Positions 46,135-54,856 of a stretch of 64,000 nt of DNA are shown here, in pieces (position 1 is the stretch's first letter; every line of letters starts with the position of its first letter). The DNA comes from a virus, in IMG/VR virus record IMGVR_UViG_3300036766_002288, positions 96,001 through 160,000 of that record. One strand, 5' to 3'. The notes beneath the pieces were generated by a model. That model worked only from the letters and a program-made list of their open reading frames with translations, had not been told where the DNA came from and searched no databases. A program made the position numbers and the translations under genes.

Positions 46135-48174
46135 ATGGATATGCCGCCAGTAATTAAAGTAGGAGACCGTGGAGAATTAACTGAATCAAGTAAATTCCCG
46201 CTCGCCAAATTCCCTTTTGCACAATTCAATCCTGTTCAAAGCCGCATTATAGACTATTATGACCAAGATAATAATCTCTTAATCGCATCTAATACATCGT
46301 CTGGTAAGACGGTAGTGGCAGAAATGGTGTTAGCCCATGAAGTGCGTATAAGAAAAGGTAAAGGTCTATATCTAGTGCCATTAAAAGCGTTGGCACAAGA
46401 AAAACTAGATGATTGGCAAGATGAGGGTCATCATTTTGGTGATTTGAAAATTTCAGTTTGTACAGGTGATTATCGCCTTACAGCCGAAAGGAAGAAAGAG
46501 TTGGAGGCGGCTGATATCATCGTAATGAGTTACGAGATGTTTAATTCTAGGGTGCGCAACCTTGGGTCGGAACGTAGTGAATTCTTAAAAAAGGTGGGCA
46601 CCCTTGTAGCTGATGAAGTTCATTTGTTGACTGTTCCTAATCGTGGCGACCATCTCGAAGCTGGTTTAATGCGGTTTAGTGAGATTAATAAAGATTGTAG
46701 ATTGGTATTCTTATCCGCAACGATGCCTAATGTAGATGAACTTGCTGATTGGGTTAGTTTTATCCTAAACAATAAGCAAACCATATTATTGAAATCTACT
46801 TTTAGGCCATGCCCACTTAACCTTCATTATGAAAAGTATTGGGACGGAGAACGTTCTTATGAAGATAATGAGAAACAAAAAGTGAACATGGCTTTGGAAA
46901 TAGTGGAATACTATCCAGATGATAAGTTCCTTATATTCTCCCATACTAAAAAGACCTGTGCTTTAATGAAAGAAGCGTTAGTAGGTGCGGGTATTAAATG
47001 CGAAGTGCATAATGCTGATTTGGATAAAGCAAAAAGGAACAAAGTTGAGAAAGAATTTAAAACAAATAAGAACCTGCGAATTATTGTAGCCACTAGTACT
47101 TTGGCGTGGGGGTTAAATCTACCAGCTAGGAGGGTGATTATTCTTGGTGTCCATCGTGGGTTAGATGAAGTAGCCACGTATGATATATGGCAGATGGTAG
47201 GTCGTGCTGGTCGTCCAGCATTTGATCCCGTAGGCGATGCGTATGTACTTCTCCCTGAAAAGACTTATGATATGCATAAGGAAAGGATCAGGAAGCCGCA
47301 ATTGATTCAATCCCAAATGCTTACAGCAATGGGGGAGCATCATAAAGTTCTAGCTTTTCATTTAGTCAGTGAGATTCATCAAGAAACAATCAAGAATAGG
47401 GAAGATGTGCATCATTGGTATAAGAGAAGCTTGGCTTGTTTCCAATCTCATGAATTAGACGAACATATTGTTGACCATACGATGGAATTATTGAAGAAGT
47501 GTGGGGCGGTTTGGGAGGAAGATGGTCAATATACGGTGACTTCAATTGGCAAGATAGCCAGTTTGTTTTATTTTTCACCATTTGATGTTTCTGATTTGAA
47601 GAAAAACTTTACGCAATTGTTTGATAACAATAAGCAAGAGGATGATTTATCATTGGCTATAGCTTTGGCCAATATAGATACCCATAGATTTGGCATTGTC
47701 AGCAAAACGGAACGCGAAGAGATGAGTATGTTTGCTGGCCAGGTGCGACAAGCTATTGGCAAGGATGCCGTAATGGAACCTGTTGTTAAAGTTGCATATG
47801 CTTATCATCAGATGATGAATGGTATTTCTAATCCCATTTTTGTATCTCTCACAAGGGGTTTACATTTTGATTTTCCTAGACTAAATCAAGTTCTTCAAGC
47901 TATAGACGGATTTACTGGCAAGTGGCAGAAGACCAATTGGTTTAGGCAAATGCAATTAAGGGTTACTTATGGTGTCAAGGGGCCAATGGTTACACTGTGT
48001 CAACTTCCACACATTGGCAAGGTTAGAGCTACTAAACTATGGAAAGCTGGCATACGTGATATGCTTGCCGTTATAGGCAGTCCAGAAATGGTAAGGAAGA
48101 TTACTGGCCTAAAAGGTACGGAAGTTGATGAAATCTTGGCGAAGGCTAAGGACTTATTTTCTTCTTCTTCTTGA
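46135..48174 (+). CDS. Ski2-like (Hel308/Hjm-type) DNA helicase
   Basis: FNPVQ, TSSGKT, VPLKALAQEK, DEVH.L....RG..LE, LSATMPN, TSTLAWGLNLPA, QMVGRAGRP, C-terminal HhH. Confidence 0.88.
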   Translation: MDMPPVIKVGDRGELTESSKFPLAKFPFAQFNPVQSRIIDYYDQDNNLLIASNTSSGKTVVAEMVLAHEVRIRKGKGLYLVPLKALAQEKLDDWQDEGHHFGDLKISVCTGDYRLTAERKKELEAADIIVMSYEMFNSRVRNLGSERSEFLKKVGTLVADEVHLLTVPNRGDHLEAGLMRFSEINKDCRLVFLSATMPNVDELADWVSFILNNKQTILLKSTFRPCPLNLHYEKYWDGERSYEDNEKQKVNMALEIVEYYPDDKFLIFSHTKKTCALMKEALVGAGIKCEVHNADLDKAKRNKVEKEFKTNKNLRIIVATSTLAWGLNLPARRVIILGVHRGLDEVATYDIWQMVGRAGRPAFDPVGDAYVLLPEKTYDMHKERIRKPQLIQSQMLTAMGEHHKVLAFHLVSEIHQETIKNREDVHHWYKRSLACFQSHELDEHIVDHTMELLKKCGAVWEEDGQYTVTSIGKIASLFYFSPFDVSDLKKNFTQLFDNNKQEDDLSLAIALANIDTHRFGIVSKTEREEMSMFAGQVRQAIGKDAVMEPVVKVAYAYHQMMNGISNPIFVSLTRGLHFDFPRLNQVLQAIDGFTGKWQKTNWFRQMQLRVTYGVKGPMVTLCQLPHIGKVRATKLWKAGIRDMLAVIGSPEMVRKITGLKGTEVDEILAKAKDLFSSSS

Positions 48175-48915
48175 TTTTCTTAGTCGTTCTTGTATTCTTC
48201 GCAAAAGTTCTGCTTTATTCCAGACTACTAATGGTCTGCCAGTTTTAGGATTGATTTTAACTTTACCAGTCCTACTATCGGTTTTCCTTTTCCACAATGG
48301 GACTCGTTTAACTGCAAATCCCATTGATACTGGACAGGGAGCGCAAAGAACGTTATTTTGAACACATTGACAGCATTCAGTTTCTTCTGGTGTAAGTGTA
48401 ACTACGATTTCTTGTCCGTCATTAATGAATATTGGTGGTGGCATACCATTTAAAAAGACTGTGGCTGATACGCATTCGCTGTCAATCATAACACTTGTCG
48501 GAGCAGTTACATAACCATTGCCGACTGCTATTATTTTACCATTTACTACTTGTAGACAGCAGCATGGAGTATCACCACCACCGCACCTTAATTCCACACA
48601 AATGTTTGAGCAAGGTACAGAGCATGGCACGGAACCAGTTCCAAGTGTGAATTTACCATCTTTGGATTGGATTAATTCAGTGCTGAATCCTGGTATATCG
48701 GGTACTGGTGTTGAAAATTCAGCCCATAATGGATTTTCTACAGGGGCTAGGGACATAGGGAACATGCACCCTGACGGATTATCGACTGAATATGGGGCAC
48801 CACATTCAAAATAAACCGCTACAACAGGGCAGCACGTTGGCGGGCAACATTTACAGTTACACCCGCAAAAGCCGCCTGTTCCATTAACAAATGGACCTTG
48901 GCAACCAGTCTGCAT
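48154..48915 (-). CDS. Cysteine-rich hypothetical protein with basic C-terminus
   Basis: More than 20 Cys in clusters; K/R-rich tail. Confidence 0.6.
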   Translation of the reverse strand: MQTGCQGPFVNGTGGFCGCNCKCCPPTCCPVVAVYFECGAPYSVDNPSGCMFPMSLAPVENPLWAEFSTPVPDIPGFSTELIQSKDGKFTLGTGSVPCSVPCSNICVELRCGGGDTPCCCLQVVNGKIIAVGNGYVTAPTSVMIDSECVSATVFLNGMPPPIFINDGQEIVVTLTPEETECCQCVQNNVLCAPCPVSMGFAVKRVPLWKRKTDSRTGKVKINPKTGRPLVVWNKAELLRRIQERLRKSRRRRK

Positions 48916-49184
48916 TACTTTTTATTATTCTCCCCAAAGAATTTTTCTGGATATTCAATTTTAACAATACCTTTTCCATCAGTGGGTTTGCCTGTTTTAG
49001 GGTCTTCAACCCACCAACGAACTTGTTCAACTGGAATACCTAATTCATCCATGTGACAGTTATCTTCGGGAGAAACAGGGAGATGTATCTGTTCCCCGTT
49101 TATTAGAATTGCGACTTTGCACTGTTCTTTTCTACGGTCGTATAAAAGACAGTTTTTGCATTTCTTTTCTATTTCTTTTTTCAT
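48915..49184 (-). CDS. Hypothetical protein
   Basis: CKNC...C...C pattern; coupled (TAATG). Confidence 0.55.
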   Translation of the reverse strand: MKKEIEKKCKNCLLYDRRKEQCKVAILINGEQIHLPVSPEDNCHMDELGIPVEQVRWWVEDPKTGKPTDGKGIVKIEYPEKFFGENNKK

Positions 49185-49206
49185 TCATTCATCCCTACCT
49201 TTCATT

Positions 49207-49371
49207 CTATCTTTTTTCATTCGTATATTGTATCATAAAGTCTCTGATTACTTGTGAGATAGATTTGTAGTCATTGGTGCATTTATTTTGGAATTTTTTA
49301 AAAAGTGAAGGCTGCACCCTGACAATCAAATCTTTTTGCAATTTCTCTTTTTTATTCTGCATATACATCAT
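49207..49371 (-). CDS. Ribbon-helix-helix (Arc/CopG-like) regulator
   Basis: LIVRVQPSLFKKFQNKC...SISQVIRDFM. Confidence 0.65.
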   Translation of the reverse strand: MMYMQNKKEKLQKDLIVRVQPSLFKKFQNKCTNDYKSISQVIRDFMIQYTNEKR

Positions 49372-49444
49372 ATTAGTGTTGTCCAGACAAAATTTTGAAA
49401 AAAAGTGATATTGATTTTTAGGCATAATTGGATATCATAAACCC

Positions 49445-49483
49445 ATGACTAATAAAATTTGCATATTCGCACAGTCTTATTAA
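49445..49483 (+). pseudogene. Dead 5' copy of the dNMP kinase gene
   Basis: Encodes MTNKICIFAQSY-stop versus MNKICVFAQLS at 50268. Confidence 0.8.
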
Positions 49484-49506
49484 GGCATGGACACTATATT
49501 AATTGT

Positions 49507-50271
49507 ATGGAATACGATCATAAGCAAATTTTAGAATTATATGGATTAGGGTTCACATGTCGAGAGATAGCGGACGCTATAGGGTGCAATCATAGAAGTG
49601 CTGCCTACGTAGTGCAGAAGCATGGCAAGAGTAGATATAAAGGTCCGAGGCCAGGTATTGTTTTTAAGGATGTTTTAAAATGCCAAAAATTCAATCAAAA
49701 ATTTATAGAGTATCTTGATGGATTAGTAATATCTGATGGTAGTTTGACATGTAAAGCTACATCTCCAACTGCTTGTTATAGGCAATCATGCGTTAATTTG
49801 GATTGGCTTAAGTATATTGGTGTGGAGTTTAATGGGAGAGAAATTAAGACTATATTTTCCATAGATGGTAGGAAAAAGAGAATATCCCATGTGTTAAGGA
49901 CTCCAGTTTACGAGGAGTTTTTCAGTCAGTATTCTAGATGGTACATTAATGACAAGAAAATAGTTCCGAGGGACTTAAATTTTTTAAGTAAGACATTTTT
50001 AATAAATTGGGTATATGGGGACGGCACGCTCGTAAACAATAGTACTCTTAGGTTATGCACAGATGATTTTACTGAAAAAGAAGTAGATTGGCTGATATTT
50101 TATTTGAATAAAAATCTTGACTTAAGATTCAAAAAAGTTTATATGGGAATGAGTAAAAAAGGCAATCCTAAATTTAGACCCGCATTATGTTTGCGTGATG
50201 GTTTGCTGGATTTTTATAAATATATAGGAAATCCCATTAGTTGTTTTAACTATAAGTGGAGATATAAGTGA
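49507..50271 (+). mobile_element. LAGLIDADG homing endonuclease with N-terminal HTH
   Basis: YLDGLVISDGSL and LINWVYGDGT, LRLCTDDFTEKEV; ACTATATT just upstream of ATG 49507. Confidence 0.85.
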
Positions 50272-50897
50272 ATAAGATATGTGTGTTCGCGCAATTGTCT
50301 AATGGAAAGGATGTTGTTGCTAATTACCTTGTCAAACAACTGAATATTCTCGCTCTTTATCATGAAGATAAATGGAGACGCATTGGTTTTGCTGATGCGT
50401 TGAAAAAGGTTTTCATGGAGTCTTTCAACGTAAGTTGGGAGTTTATTGAGGAATGGAAACGCAAAGACGAGCCACCACCAGAATTCGATTTAAATATTCG
50501 AAAAAGTTTGCAGCAGATTGGCGACGGTTTCAGACAGATACAATCTGACGTATGGATCAGAACTGCCTTGCGAAATAATTTCAATATGGTTATATCTGAT
50601 GGGCGGTATCTCAATGAAGCCAAGATGGTGAAACAGCAAGGCGGTGTTACGGTTCTTCTTTGGCGTCCTGGTTTTGAAAATACTGACCCGAATCCATCTG
50701 AGTCTCAGATTAAACCTTATATTGAATATTGCTCAAAACATTATAGTGGAGGTCCAATATTTTTCGACCCTAATTGGATAAACGCATGTGTTCCAGAATT
50801 GAGATATTTTGATTATTTCTTAATAAACAACGGTAATTTGGACGATTTATATGGGAAGATTGACAGTCAGTTAATACCTTTTATATGGGAAGATTGA
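50268..50897 (+). CDS. Deoxynucleoside monophosphate kinase (T4 gp1-like)
   Basis: GKD, FADALK, RKSLQQIGD.FR, ISDGRYLNE, RPG...SE. Confidence 0.75.
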   Translation: MNKICVFAQLSNGKDVVANYLVKQLNILALYHEDKWRRIGFADALKKVFMESFNVSWEFIEEWKRKDEPPPEFDLNIRKSLQQIGDGFRQIQSDVWIRTALRNNFNMVISDGRYLNEAKMVKQQGGVTVLLWRPGFENTDPNPSESQIKPYIEYCSKHYSGGPIFFDPNWINACVPELRYFDYFLINNGNLDDLYGKIDSQLIPFIWED

Positions 50898-50911
50898 CAG
50901 TCAGTTAATAC
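50846..50911. repeat. 32-bp direct repeat, 34-nt period
   Basis: TTTATATGGGAAGATTGACAGTCAGTTAATAC at 50846 and 50880. Confidence 0.95.
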
Positions 50912-50939
50912 TTTGTTTTAAATGTAAAGGGGTTATTTC

Positions 50940-51242
50940 GTGGATGCAATGCTTTTTAGAAATATGTGCGCTGAGGACGGGTTTGAACTCACGCCCGCAG
51001 AGGCTAAGGAAACAATTACTTGTTATGAAAATTTCTTATCGTCTATAAAAGAAGCTTGCGAAGACTGCCCAGATTTTTATAATGATCTCTGTAACAGAAC
51101 AACTGAAGAAAAATTAGCTGATATTAAAAGATTAGAAAAGAAGGGTTGTAAGATGACCCTTAAACAATATAACGAACTTCAAAAGACAATTATTAAAGTT
51201 TGCGAATTAGAAGGCTATGATAATGGAAATCAAGGTTTCTGA
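50940..51242 (+). CDS. Hypothetical protein
   Basis: 100-aa helical ORF. Confidence 0.5.
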   Translation: MDAMLFRNMCAEDGFELTPAEAKETITCYENFLSSIKEACEDCPDFYNDLCNRTTEEKLADIKRLEKKGCKMTLKQYNELQKTIIKVCELEGYDNGNQGF

Positions 51243-51546
51243 AATTCGAGAGCTTGAATATTTTTTTCTTTTAAGAAGGAATTGCAGGTATAGTTACCAT
51301 CTCTTCCATCATTTTAAATGTGGTTGGCATAGTAACATTCCTGTTTGTTGCACGATTTTCTTTGTAACTGTATGGCAATTATGTTGGGTTTTAGGACATT
51401 TTCCTCTTGTTAGAAAGTTTCTTTCCTGTTATCCTCCTAGAAAGCACAGGAATTACAGATATGTTCCTTGCTTTTTTTGTTTTCTTATGCGACGGTGTAA
51501 TCGAGTTTTAGTGTGTGACAAATCGAAATGTCACTGTTATCATTAG
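51217..51546 (+). CDS. Cys/His-rich hypothetical protein
   Basis: 109-aa ORF filling the interval; SNIPVCC and YVPCFFC. Confidence 0.4.
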   Translation: MIMEIKVSEIRELEYFFLLRRNCRYSYHLFHHFKCGWHSNIPVCCTIFFVTVWQLCWVLGHFPLVRKFLSCYPPRKHRNYRYVPCFFCFLMRRCNRVLVCDKSKCHCYH

Positions 51547-51594
51547 CTGTAGCGTTTATGGCTAAGGTTGTTTACTTGTTTAAGGAGTAGAAGT

Positions 51595-52110
51595 ATGAGT
51601 AAGTTTGGTATCGTTTTAATGGGTTTGGCAGTGTATTGCCTTACCTTTGGCAGCACAGCGTTTGCTGGTGCGCCGTGTGTAAGTAAGTGCAGACCAGTAT
51701 GCAATAGCAAGCCTGCGTGCCATACTGGTCATGGCAGTCAGTGTAAGCCTAAACCTGTGTGTAATACTGGTCATGGCAAGGATTGCGGCAATGGTCATGG
51801 CAAGGATTGCGGCAATGGTCATGGCAAGGATTGCGGCAATGGTCATGGCAAGGATTGCGGCAATGGCAATAGCGGGCATAGTTGCAAGCCCGTCTGCAAG
51901 CCGACCACAGGTCATGGCAAGGATTGTGGGAACGGTGCTGGTTCTGGCAAGCCAAGTGGTCCTGGCGTAGCAAACGGTAACGGCAATAGTAATGCCAATA
52001 ATAACGCCAATACCAACACGAATACTAACACCAACACCAATACCAATACCAATAACAACAATATTAGCAACAACATCAGCAATACCATTAACAATGGTTT
52101 TAGCAATTAA
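51595..52110 (+). CDS. Secreted low-complexity His/Cys/Gly/Asn-rich repeat protein
   Basis: TAAGGAG RBS; signal peptide ending AFA; GHGKDCGN repeats; NT-rich tail. Confidence 0.7.
   Translation: MSKFGIVLMGLAVYCLTFGSTAFAGAPCVSKCRPVCNSKPACHTGHGSQCKPKPVCNTGHGKDCGNGHGKDCGNGHGKDCGNGHGKDCGNGNSGHSCKPVCKPTTGHGKDCGNGAGSGKPSGPGVANGNGNSNANNNANTNTNTNTNTNTNTNNNNISNNISNTINNGFSN
51769..51864 (+). repeat. Coding tandem repeat, 4 x 24 bp
   Basis: GGTCATGGCAAGGATTGCGGCAAT four times, with degenerate copies near 51727 and 51910. Confidence 0.95.
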
Positions 52111-52117
52111 GTTGTGT

Positions 52118-52150
52118 AAGGGCAGAGCAAAAATTGCTCTGCCCTTTTTT
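52118..52150 (+). terminator. Rho-independent terminator
   Basis: AAGGGCAGAGCAA-AAA-TTGCTCTGCCCTT plus T-run. Confidence 0.85.
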
Positions 52151-52174
52151 CTCATTTTTTAGAGGTGAGTTACC

Positions 52175-53179
52175 ATGAGTAAGATTTTCAAGTTATTCCT
52201 GTTTGTAGCAGTGGCGTCTATGTTCAGTGCGGCGGCGGTTGCTGATGATGGTTCTTCGTGCTAGCCTCAACAACTGCAACAGCAAATAGTTGTCCCTTAT
52301 AAGCAACCAATCTGTCCTATGCCAAATAACGGCAGTGGTAGTGCTAACGGTAATGGTAATACGAACAAGAACGGTAATGGTAATGCTAATGCTAATAAAA
52401 ACGGCAATACTAACACCAATAAGAACGTTAATAATGTGACGGTTAATGTTAATACTGGTGCTGGACACACTAAGAACAAAAACAACAACAGCAATACCAA
52501 TAACAATGTCAATGGAAGTAGTTTGTTGGGCTTGAGCGGTGGGTTTAATGGACTTGGTGGAAATGGAAGTAGCGGATTTGGCAGTGGGACTTATAGTCCA
52601 AGTAGCAGCCCAACCAACACTTATAGTCCTTCATACTCGTTTTCGTATGGCAACACTCCTGGCTATGGTGTAGCTGGTATTGCAGGGGCGGTAGGTGTGG
52701 TTCCACCACCCAATGCGGCTTTTAATGAAGAAGACCCAAACACTGCTTGGCTGACAGTTGAAGTGCCTAATGAACAAGCTGAAGTTTGGTTGAATGGCAC
52801 TAAGATGCCGCATCAAGGTGCGGTGAGAAAGTATGTAAGCCCGCCATTGGACCCTAAGTTGTTGTATAATTATGATGTTAAAGTTCAGTGGTTTGATAAG
52901 GGTATCAAGCAGAACCATAACACGAAGATTGTCTTGAAAGCTGGAGATGAAATCTATCATATCGTCCCAAAGGAAGGGGCGAACGCTGTTCCAGCACCGA
53001 ATGCATTACAGAGTGAAGAAGATGACGAAAAGGCTGCTGCTAGTAAGTTAGGTTTGGCCAAACAGTTAATGGATGAGAAGAAGATGGCATCCATTAAGGG
53101 TAGGTTAGAGGATATCATCAAGAAGTATCCAAAGACCAAGGCAGCAGAGGAAGCAAAGGCATTGCTATCGAAGATTTAG
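52175..53179 (+). CDS. Secreted TIGR03000-domain protein, interrupted by an in-frame TAG at 52262-52264
   Basis: GAGGTG RBS, signal peptide MSKIF...AVA, TAG at codon 30, then open; LTVEVP..AEVWLNG..G..RKYVSPPL..Y.YDVKVQW is the TIGR03000 pattern. Confidence 0.7.
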
Positions 53180-53196
53180 GTTAGCAGCGGGTTAGG

Positions 53197-53235
53197 ACAA
53201 CAGAGAGTGTGAAATATCACTCTCTGTTGTTTTTT
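53197..53235. terminator. Terminator at a convergent gene junction
   Basis: ACAACAGAGAGTG/CACTCTCTGTTGT 13-bp stem plus T-run. Confidence 0.75.
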
Positions 53236-53882
53236 ACACGATGTTTTAGTTTTCCTATCCCGACTTCGGTTATGACGATGAATTCCCAGCCTCTAGTTTG
53301 ACAATAAAGGGTTGCAGCGTGCCATTTAGCTTCGTTGAGTGGCAGCATAGTCTGGTTTGCTGGTTTGATTTCCCACACTTCTACATGTCCGTCGTTGAAT
53401 TTGAGTAGTATATCTGGGAAGTAATGGTGTGCTTCACCTTTGTACAAATAAGGAATTCCTTGCTTGAATGGTTGGGCTTCATAGGCTATGACTTCTGGGA
53501 TTACTTCAATACATTCCAGCACTTCACATTCATAGCTAGATTCATATTCAAATTCTTTACCACCGTTTTTCAAGCTGACAAAGTGACCTTTTCTAAAAGT
53601 TGGTTTTCTTGATTTCTTACCACCTTTTTTACCAATGTCTTTCCAAACTATTGCTCTGTTGGGGCCTTTTTGCATTGGCATTGAGTCTTGTGGGTGTTTG
53701 GCTTTGAAATGTAGCATTACATCTCTTACAGGTGCGCCGCAACGGGCCAATGGGCAGACAACATACTCTCTTCCTTCTTCGTGTTTTTCCAATATATGGG
53801 CGCGAAATGTTTCAAAATCTCCATATTCGTGGCCACAAACAAAACATTGCCATTTTCTTTTGCCGTCGTCTTTTCCGAACAT
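53217..53882 (-). CDS. C2H2 zinc-finger protein with gp4/TnsA-like PD-(D/E)xK nuclease domain
   Basis: CFVC..HILEKH and CPLARC..HFKAKH; YESSYE, IPY, HYFPD, EIKP, NEAKWHAA, FIVITE. Confidence 0.75.
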   Translation of the reverse strand: MFGKDDGKRKWQCFVCGHEYGDFETFRAHILEKHEEGREYVVCPLARCGAPVRDVMLHFKAKHPQDSMPMQKGPNRAIVWKDIGKKGGKKSRKPTFRKGHFVSLKNGGKEFEYESSYECEVLECIEVIPEVIAYEAQPFKQGIPYLYKGEAHHYFPDILLKFNDGHVEVWEIKPANQTMLPLNEAKWHAATLYCQTRGWEFIVITEVGIGKLKHRVKNNRE

Positions 53883-53884
53883 TT

Positions 53885-54232
53885 TTATCCTTTGGACATA
53901 AGTTGTTTTTCTATCTGATTTCTGTCTAAAACTTTAATTAAAGGCAAATCTTTTGCCGTGAATATATTCTCCGTAGTTTGTCCAGTAAGGGCATTCATAA
54001 GGTCATGTGCCATGAAGTTGGCTTCATCTTCCCAATTATCTGGCATGTCTTCATCGCCTTCTGGATTCTTCATTTTGGCAAAAACAATCCTACTTTCTTC
54101 AGGGGCACCAAATAGCTTATTGTTTTTGGTGAAAAACATTATTAAATTTTGGTTGTCTAGAAGATTTTTTATCTTATTTTTCTTCTGAGCATCCTTATTT
54201 TCTTGGAAGATTTTAAAGTTGTAATTCTTCAT
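53885..54232 (-). CDS. Hypothetical protein with CTS-like N-terminus
   Basis: MKNYNFKIFQE start. Confidence 0.55.
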   Translation of the reverse strand: MKNYNFKIFQENKDAQKKNKIKNLLDNQNLIMFFTKNNKLFGAPEESRIVFAKMKNPEGDEDMPDNWEDEANFMAHDLMNALTGQTTENIFTAKDLPLIKVLDRNQIEKQLMSKG

Positions 54233-54264
54233 GTTTTTCCTCTATCATTCATTATATACTGTGT

Positions 54265-54684
54265 ATGGTTTTTAGTTTTAAAAGATTTGTGGAAGAAAAA
54301 AAGCCTGACAAGCCATTAAACCACATAGATGCGATGGATCAGGAGCTAGGTATAGACCGAGCTTCTTTACCTAAAGATTTTTCGACTGGTTGGTTGGAAT
54401 TACCAGAAGAAGGCTTATATTTCAATCAGGCAATTTGGCAATTATTACCTGTTGGTGAACATGATATGTTTGCTAGGATTAAGTATTTCAGGGCTAATAA
54501 CTCTAATCCTAATTTTGTCAGGTGTTATACTAAAGGACAGGATGGTAAGCTTCAGCCTTATATGGGTGAAATAGATGGCTCAGTACACTTAATAAGTATT
54601 GGAAGATTAGCAAAGGCATTGGGAATGCCTTTCCAGGCATCAGCAGCGGCAGCCACAGGTGGCGGCGCAGGAGGAATAACATGA
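54265..54684 (+). CDS. Hypothetical protein with CTS-like N-terminus
   Basis: MVFSFKRFVEE start; TTATATAC upstream. Confidence 0.6.
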   Translation: MVFSFKRFVEEKKPDKPLNHIDAMDQELGIDRASLPKDFSTGWLELPEEGLYFNQAIWQLLPVGEHDMFARIKYFRANNSNPNFVRCYTKGQDGKLQPYMGEIDGSVHLISIGRLAKALGMPFQASAAAATGGGAGGIT

Positions 54685-54848
54685 AATTTAAGGATTGGTA
54701 TATTAAAGAAGTAGGGACTTGTACGGGCAGTATTGCTCATTTTTCTTTGCCTTTATTTGGGGGTTCAGTAGATCGTACTTGGCCACCACTTATTGGATAT
54801 GATGGCAAAGATAAAAAACACAAGAAAAAGAAGAAAAAGAAGGAGTAA
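54681..54848 (+). CDS. 55-aa protein with CTS-like N-terminus and poly-Lys tail (not in the ORF track)
   Basis: GGAGG RBS; MKFKDWYIKE...KDKKHKKKKKKKE. Confidence 0.6.
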   Translation: MKFKDWYIKEVGTCTGSIAHFSLPLFGGSVDRTWPPLIGYDGKDKKHKKKKKKKE

Positions 54849-54856
54849 ATAGACTT

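Noticed and set aside
51769-51864. CRISPR array
   Set aside because: The 24-bp units are contiguous with no spacers and encode an in-frame peptide repeat.
51616-52512. Antisense and alternative-frame ORFs (51616-52155, 51731-51970, 51749-51973, 51912-52106, 52193-52468, 52297-52512)
   Set aside because: Shadows of low-complexity repeats in the real plus-strand genes; no RBS and no protein-like features.
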